Positions 60,783 through 64,000 of a stretch of 64,000 nucleotides of DNA are shown here, piece by piece; position 1 is the stretch's first letter; every line of letters starts with the position of its first letter. The position numbers were made by a program, and so were the translations under genes. Below the pieces are notes generated by a model. That model was not told the DNA's origin, ran no database searches, and was given only the letters and a program-made list of their open reading frames with translations. This DNA is from Candidatus Bathyarchaeota archaeon. GTDB taxonomy: Archaea; Thermoproteota; Bathyarchaeia; TCS64. Location: positions 288,001-352,000 of the forward strand of contig CAVYLP010000001.1 of the NCBI GenBank assembly GCA_963769425.1, given 5' to 3'.

Positions 60783-61043
60783 ATGAACAACCAAAACACG
60801 TTCAAGATGAGGATCTTACCGTCGAAGCCTATTGAGGGCACGATATTCAGCAAGGATAACTCCACGCAGGAGAGGAAGATGGAACCGTTCGTAATCGGTG
60901 AGGGTGTAATGGATTACCAGTGCGGGAGCTGCGGCCACTTCATGCTCAGGTCTCTTCGCCCAGCGCAGGTGACCCAAGCGATCTACAAGTGCCCCAAGTG
61001 CGGGAACTACAACCAGGTCGAGCCTTACGTGAAAAAGCACTGA
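60783..61043 (+). CDS. Small zinc-ribbon protein
   Basis: CGSC...YKCPKCGNYN; paralogue of 59671-59919. Confidence 0.75.
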   Translation: MNNQNTFKMRILPSKPIEGTIFSKDNSTQERKMEPFVIGEGVMDYQCGSCGHFMLRSLRPAQVTQAIYKCPKCGNYNQVEPYVKKH

Positions 61044-61184
61044 CTCATCTTTACGATATTCTAAGAAGCATCTATTAAGACAAGTTCTAGGGGTATATTT
61101 GAGAGAAGGCTACGATAAAAATCAGTCACATAGCCAGTACATTTTAACCAGAAAGATTAGCCTGCCAGAAAAAGCGTTGATAGA

Positions 61185-61586
61185 CTAATTTCGTCCTTCT
61201 CGGAGGTCGCGGAGTATCTGGTCGTATTGCTCCTTTGTAACTTCGCCTCGAGCGTACCTCTGTCTGAGGATCTCCTCCGACTCGGTTGAGATACCCATTC
61301 CATAGCCCCGATGACTCATGGGGGCCCGGAAAGTGAACCTGAGCACCATCATCACCAAGAAGACCACTAGGATGAACCCTAGTATCCCGGCTCCGATCAT
61401 CCAGACGCCTCCCCACCTCATCATGGGCATGCCGTAGTAGCCCCCAGTGTAAAACGCTGGTCGGGTTAAGGCCGAGAAGAACCATATCGAGCCCACGATC
61501 AGGAACAACACTCCGAACCCGATCATAGTCCACCTCATAGGATGCATTCGATACATTACTATCAAAGGGCAACCGAAACACGCCAT
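61185..61586 (-). CDS. SHOCT-domain membrane protein
   Basis: 2 TM then EILRQRYARGEVTKEQY; start uncertain. Confidence 0.82.
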   Translation of the reverse strand: MACFGCPLIVMYRMHPMRWTMIGFGVLFLIVGSIWFFSALTRPAFYTGGYYGMPMMRWGGVWMIGAGILGFILVVFLVMMVLRFTFRAPMSHRGYGMGISTESEEILRQRYARGEVTKEQYDQILRDLREGRN

Positions 61587-62006
61587 CCTATAAACCGATG
61601 TTTAAAACAGGGGCAGAAAACGACCCCTTCTGGATGTATCTGGTTAAACTGATACAGGTTTGTGGGCCAGCCATACACTTTGTATATCCCTGACCCTCAT
61701 CTGAAACCTAGTAGTCGATGAACTTTTTCGACAACACCCTGTAGTGAGTACTTGGACTGCGGCGCCCCTGAAGATCTGAAGGACTCAGGCGATTAACCTG
61801 GGAGATTATCATATTAATCCTTAGGAAGCCGCTTAAGCCCGCTCGACCTGTTAACGCTTATCCTTTTTTTATTTTCTCTTCATAATAACTTTATTAGCGC
61901 CGCGGTACCCCTCTAGGCGGCTGAGGGACGCCACGCGGGCCCCCGTTGGATGATTTCTGACAGAACGCCCAAGGGACAATGCCCCCGCCGAATGGATGCG
62001 ATAAAA

Positions 62007-62279
62007 ATGGAGTACAAGGGCATAGTCATGAACTACGGCGTCGGCGCCAAGATGCAGTACCCGCATAGGATGATAATCATGGTTCCAGGGGCCACGCCCA
62101 GCGAGGCGAAGGGGCTGGTCGGATCGACGGTAGCCTGGCCATATGACGAACCGAAGATCTTCGGCAGGATCACGCGGTTCCACGGCGTCCGCAAGGGCTA
62201 TCTGCTCGCAACCTTCAGAAGGGGGCTACCCGGGGACTCCATCGGGAAGGCCGTGAAGATAACCAAACCCGAAGCCTAG
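62007..62279 (+). CDS. rpl35ae: 50S ribosomal protein L35Ae (eL33)
   Basis: GIVMNY, EAKGLVG, GRITRFHG..G, FRRGLPG..IG. Confidence 0.9.
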   Translation: MEYKGIVMNYGVGAKMQYPHRMIIMVPGATPSEAKGLVGSTVAWPYDEPKIFGRITRFHGVRKGYLLATFRRGLPGDSIGKAVKITKPEA

Positions 62280-62715
62280 ATTATTTCTCACTGAAACCGA
62301 GAAAACGGTTAGCCAAACATTCTAAAATAAAGTCGAAGAGTCACTTTGGGGGTTCAGATTTTATTTCATGTTTGGGCTTTAATTTGAGATCGTATCTTAC
62401 CAAATCGGATAAACTGTCAAACTCCTGTCCGCAAACATGGCATTTGAAGGTGCGTTTCTTTTTCTCTGTTTCCATCTCTTACCACAATTTGAAAGATGTT
62501 GTTAATTATTAATAAACAGGTTAGAAATGGGAGTGGAGTCTGCATTGTTGTTATTAGTTTGAGGTTTCGTCTTTTCTCTCCTTTTTTTGAAAACCTCAAA
62601 CTGTTGATTTTTCGGTCCAATGAATACTATAAACTTGAAACATTAAATATTATCCCTCTGAAAGAGCGGGTATTATTGCCTAAATTTATTAGTTTAAAAT
62701 AGCCCTAAAATTTCG

Positions 62716-62958
62716 TTATCCTACTAATTCCCCAATTAATACAATCGATTCAAGTTTTTCTTCTCCATGTGGTGCCATGGATAATCCCTCACTGATATCT
62801 TGTCCCGCTTTATGCATGCTGAAATGGTCGCCGTTCCCCCATAATCGACTTCCAGTGACATCATAGACTTTCCCATTGTTAGCAATGTACGCGGGCTTAC
62901 CATTCTTGCCATCGTACTGTTTTAACTGTTCAAGTGTAAATTTTTTTAATTCGCTCAT
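62716..62958 (-). CDS. Cytochrome b5-like heme/steroid-binding protein
   Basis: FTLEQLKQYDG..GKPAYIA..GKVYDVT, H..GQD, APHG. Confidence 0.9.
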   Translation of the reverse strand: MSELKKFTLEQLKQYDGKNGKPAYIANNGKVYDVTGSRLWGNGDHFSMHKAGQDISEGLSMAPHGEEKLESIVLIGELVG

Positions 62959-63085
62959 CAAACTCCCTTGACATTGAATAAAAGTAATGTAAATAAAAGT
63001 ACTGGATCTGCTAATTCCATTTTCAAAGATGCCTTTATACTTTATTGCCTTATATCAAACAATGTATCAAATTATTTGAGGAAAA

Positions 63086-64000
63086 TTGGCATCAAGATCT
63101 CTTTTAAATCAACTATTGTTACCGATTAAGACCGATATTAATTGGGTCGAGAAAAAAATCAAAAAACTCACAAACAATAATGGCATAATCCCAAATGATG
63201 ATTTAACCAGGTATATTACTGGAGGAAAACGCCTGAGATCAGCCATTGTTCTCCTTATAGGTAAGATGCTTAACGCAGAGATGGAACCTTTCTATAGCCT
63301 TGCAGCCTCAATAGAATTGCTACACAGCGCAACACTTGCTCACGATGACCTCATAGATGGAGGTAACATGAGGAGAAACCAAGCAATAAGTAACTCACTA
63401 TCACTCCCAATCTCCCTCCTCGCTGGTGACTATCTACTAGCCCGGTCAACATCCGAGCTAGCAAGCCTAAATGATCCCACTCTATTGAAGATCCATTCAA
63501 ATACACTCCTGATGACGTGTGAAGGAGAATATCAGCAATGGCGCTTATCAGGGAAGGCTCTTAGTAAACAGACCTATTACGACATCATTCAGAAAAAAAC
63601 AGCTTCACTTTTCGCTGGATCAGCAGAGATGGCGGCTGTATTATCGGGGACCGACTCCAAGACACGTATTAAACTAAGGGACTATGGATTAGAACTCGGG
63701 ACGCTTTACCAGATTGTAGATGACATCCTAGACTTAATCGGAGATGAGGAAGTTCTAGGTAAAACCCTGAGACTGGACCTCAGGAGAGGCACCTACACTT
63801 TACCAATGATCATCTACCAAGAACATCAACATGGTGAACAGATTCGACCCTCTGGCGAGTTAACCGACTTCCAGATAGCCACAATCATTAAGGCCTTAAA
63901 GAAGTCCGGGGCGCTAGAAGCCTCCTTGAGAGAGGTGGAACATTACGCGGTATCCTGCAAGAAGTCGTTAAGTGGACTACCAGAAGGCATACCTCATAAC
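63086..64000 (+). CDS. Polyprenyl diphosphate synthase (runs off the window end; absent from the ORF track)
   Basis: Manual translation: GGKRLR, ELLHSATLAHDDLIDG..RR, AGDYLL, KKTASLF, YQIVDDILD. Confidence 0.9.
   Translation, partial: MASRSLLNQLLLPIKTDINWVEKKIKKLTNNNGIIPNDDLTRYITGGKRLRSAIVLLIGKMLNAEMEPFYSLAASIELLHSATLAHDDLIDGGNMRRNQAISNSLSLPISLLAGDYLLARSTSELASLNDPTLLKIHSNTLLMTCEGEYQQWRLSGKALSKQTYYDIIQKKTASLFAGSAEMAAVLSGTDSKTRIKLRDYGLELGTLYQIVDDILDLIGDEEVLGKTLRLDLRRGTYTLPMIIYQEHQHGEQIRPSGELTDFQIATIIKALKKSGALEASLREVEHYAVSCKKSLSGLPEGIPHN

Noticed and set aside
62417-62702. Two short AT-rich ORFs
   Set aside because: No motifs and low complexity; likely intergenic or remnant.

Overview
Archaeal chromosome segment, most consistent with Candidatus Bathyarchaeia (inferred from gene content: ArcTGT, SmAP3, aMBF1, NAC, aIF2-beta, eL33, Mtd, Fhs/FolD, and a Bathyarchaeia-style tyrosine integrase). 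1-23.5 kb is GC-rich core: translation/RNA genes, a C1 cluster (divergent mtd, fhs, folD with a degenerate NADP motif), a heterodimeric ABC exporter, an oxalate-oxidoreductase-like operon, and hypA/mrp. 23.5-28 kb is a small accessory patch and 28-31.7 kb is core again. From tRNA-Ser(CGA) at 31694 there are two tandem integrated elements, bounded by copies of the tRNA 3' end at 43759 and 51995. They carry a decayed att-split integrase, an AT-rich defence cassette (nuclease, HD protein, type IIG RM), IS and cas1-like remnants, and vapBC. Further accessory membrane proteins follow to about 61.6 kb, then rpl35ae, a cytochrome b5-like gene and a partial polyprenyl synthase. Most unusual signals: (GC)n or alternating purine-pyrimidine motifs at nearly every junction of the accessory genes, including truncation breakpoints; a possible F420/H4F hybrid C1 route; an archaeal OOR-like enzyme; an unannotated multi-stem RNA; and paired ~95-bp-period repeats in inverted orientation 29 kb apart.
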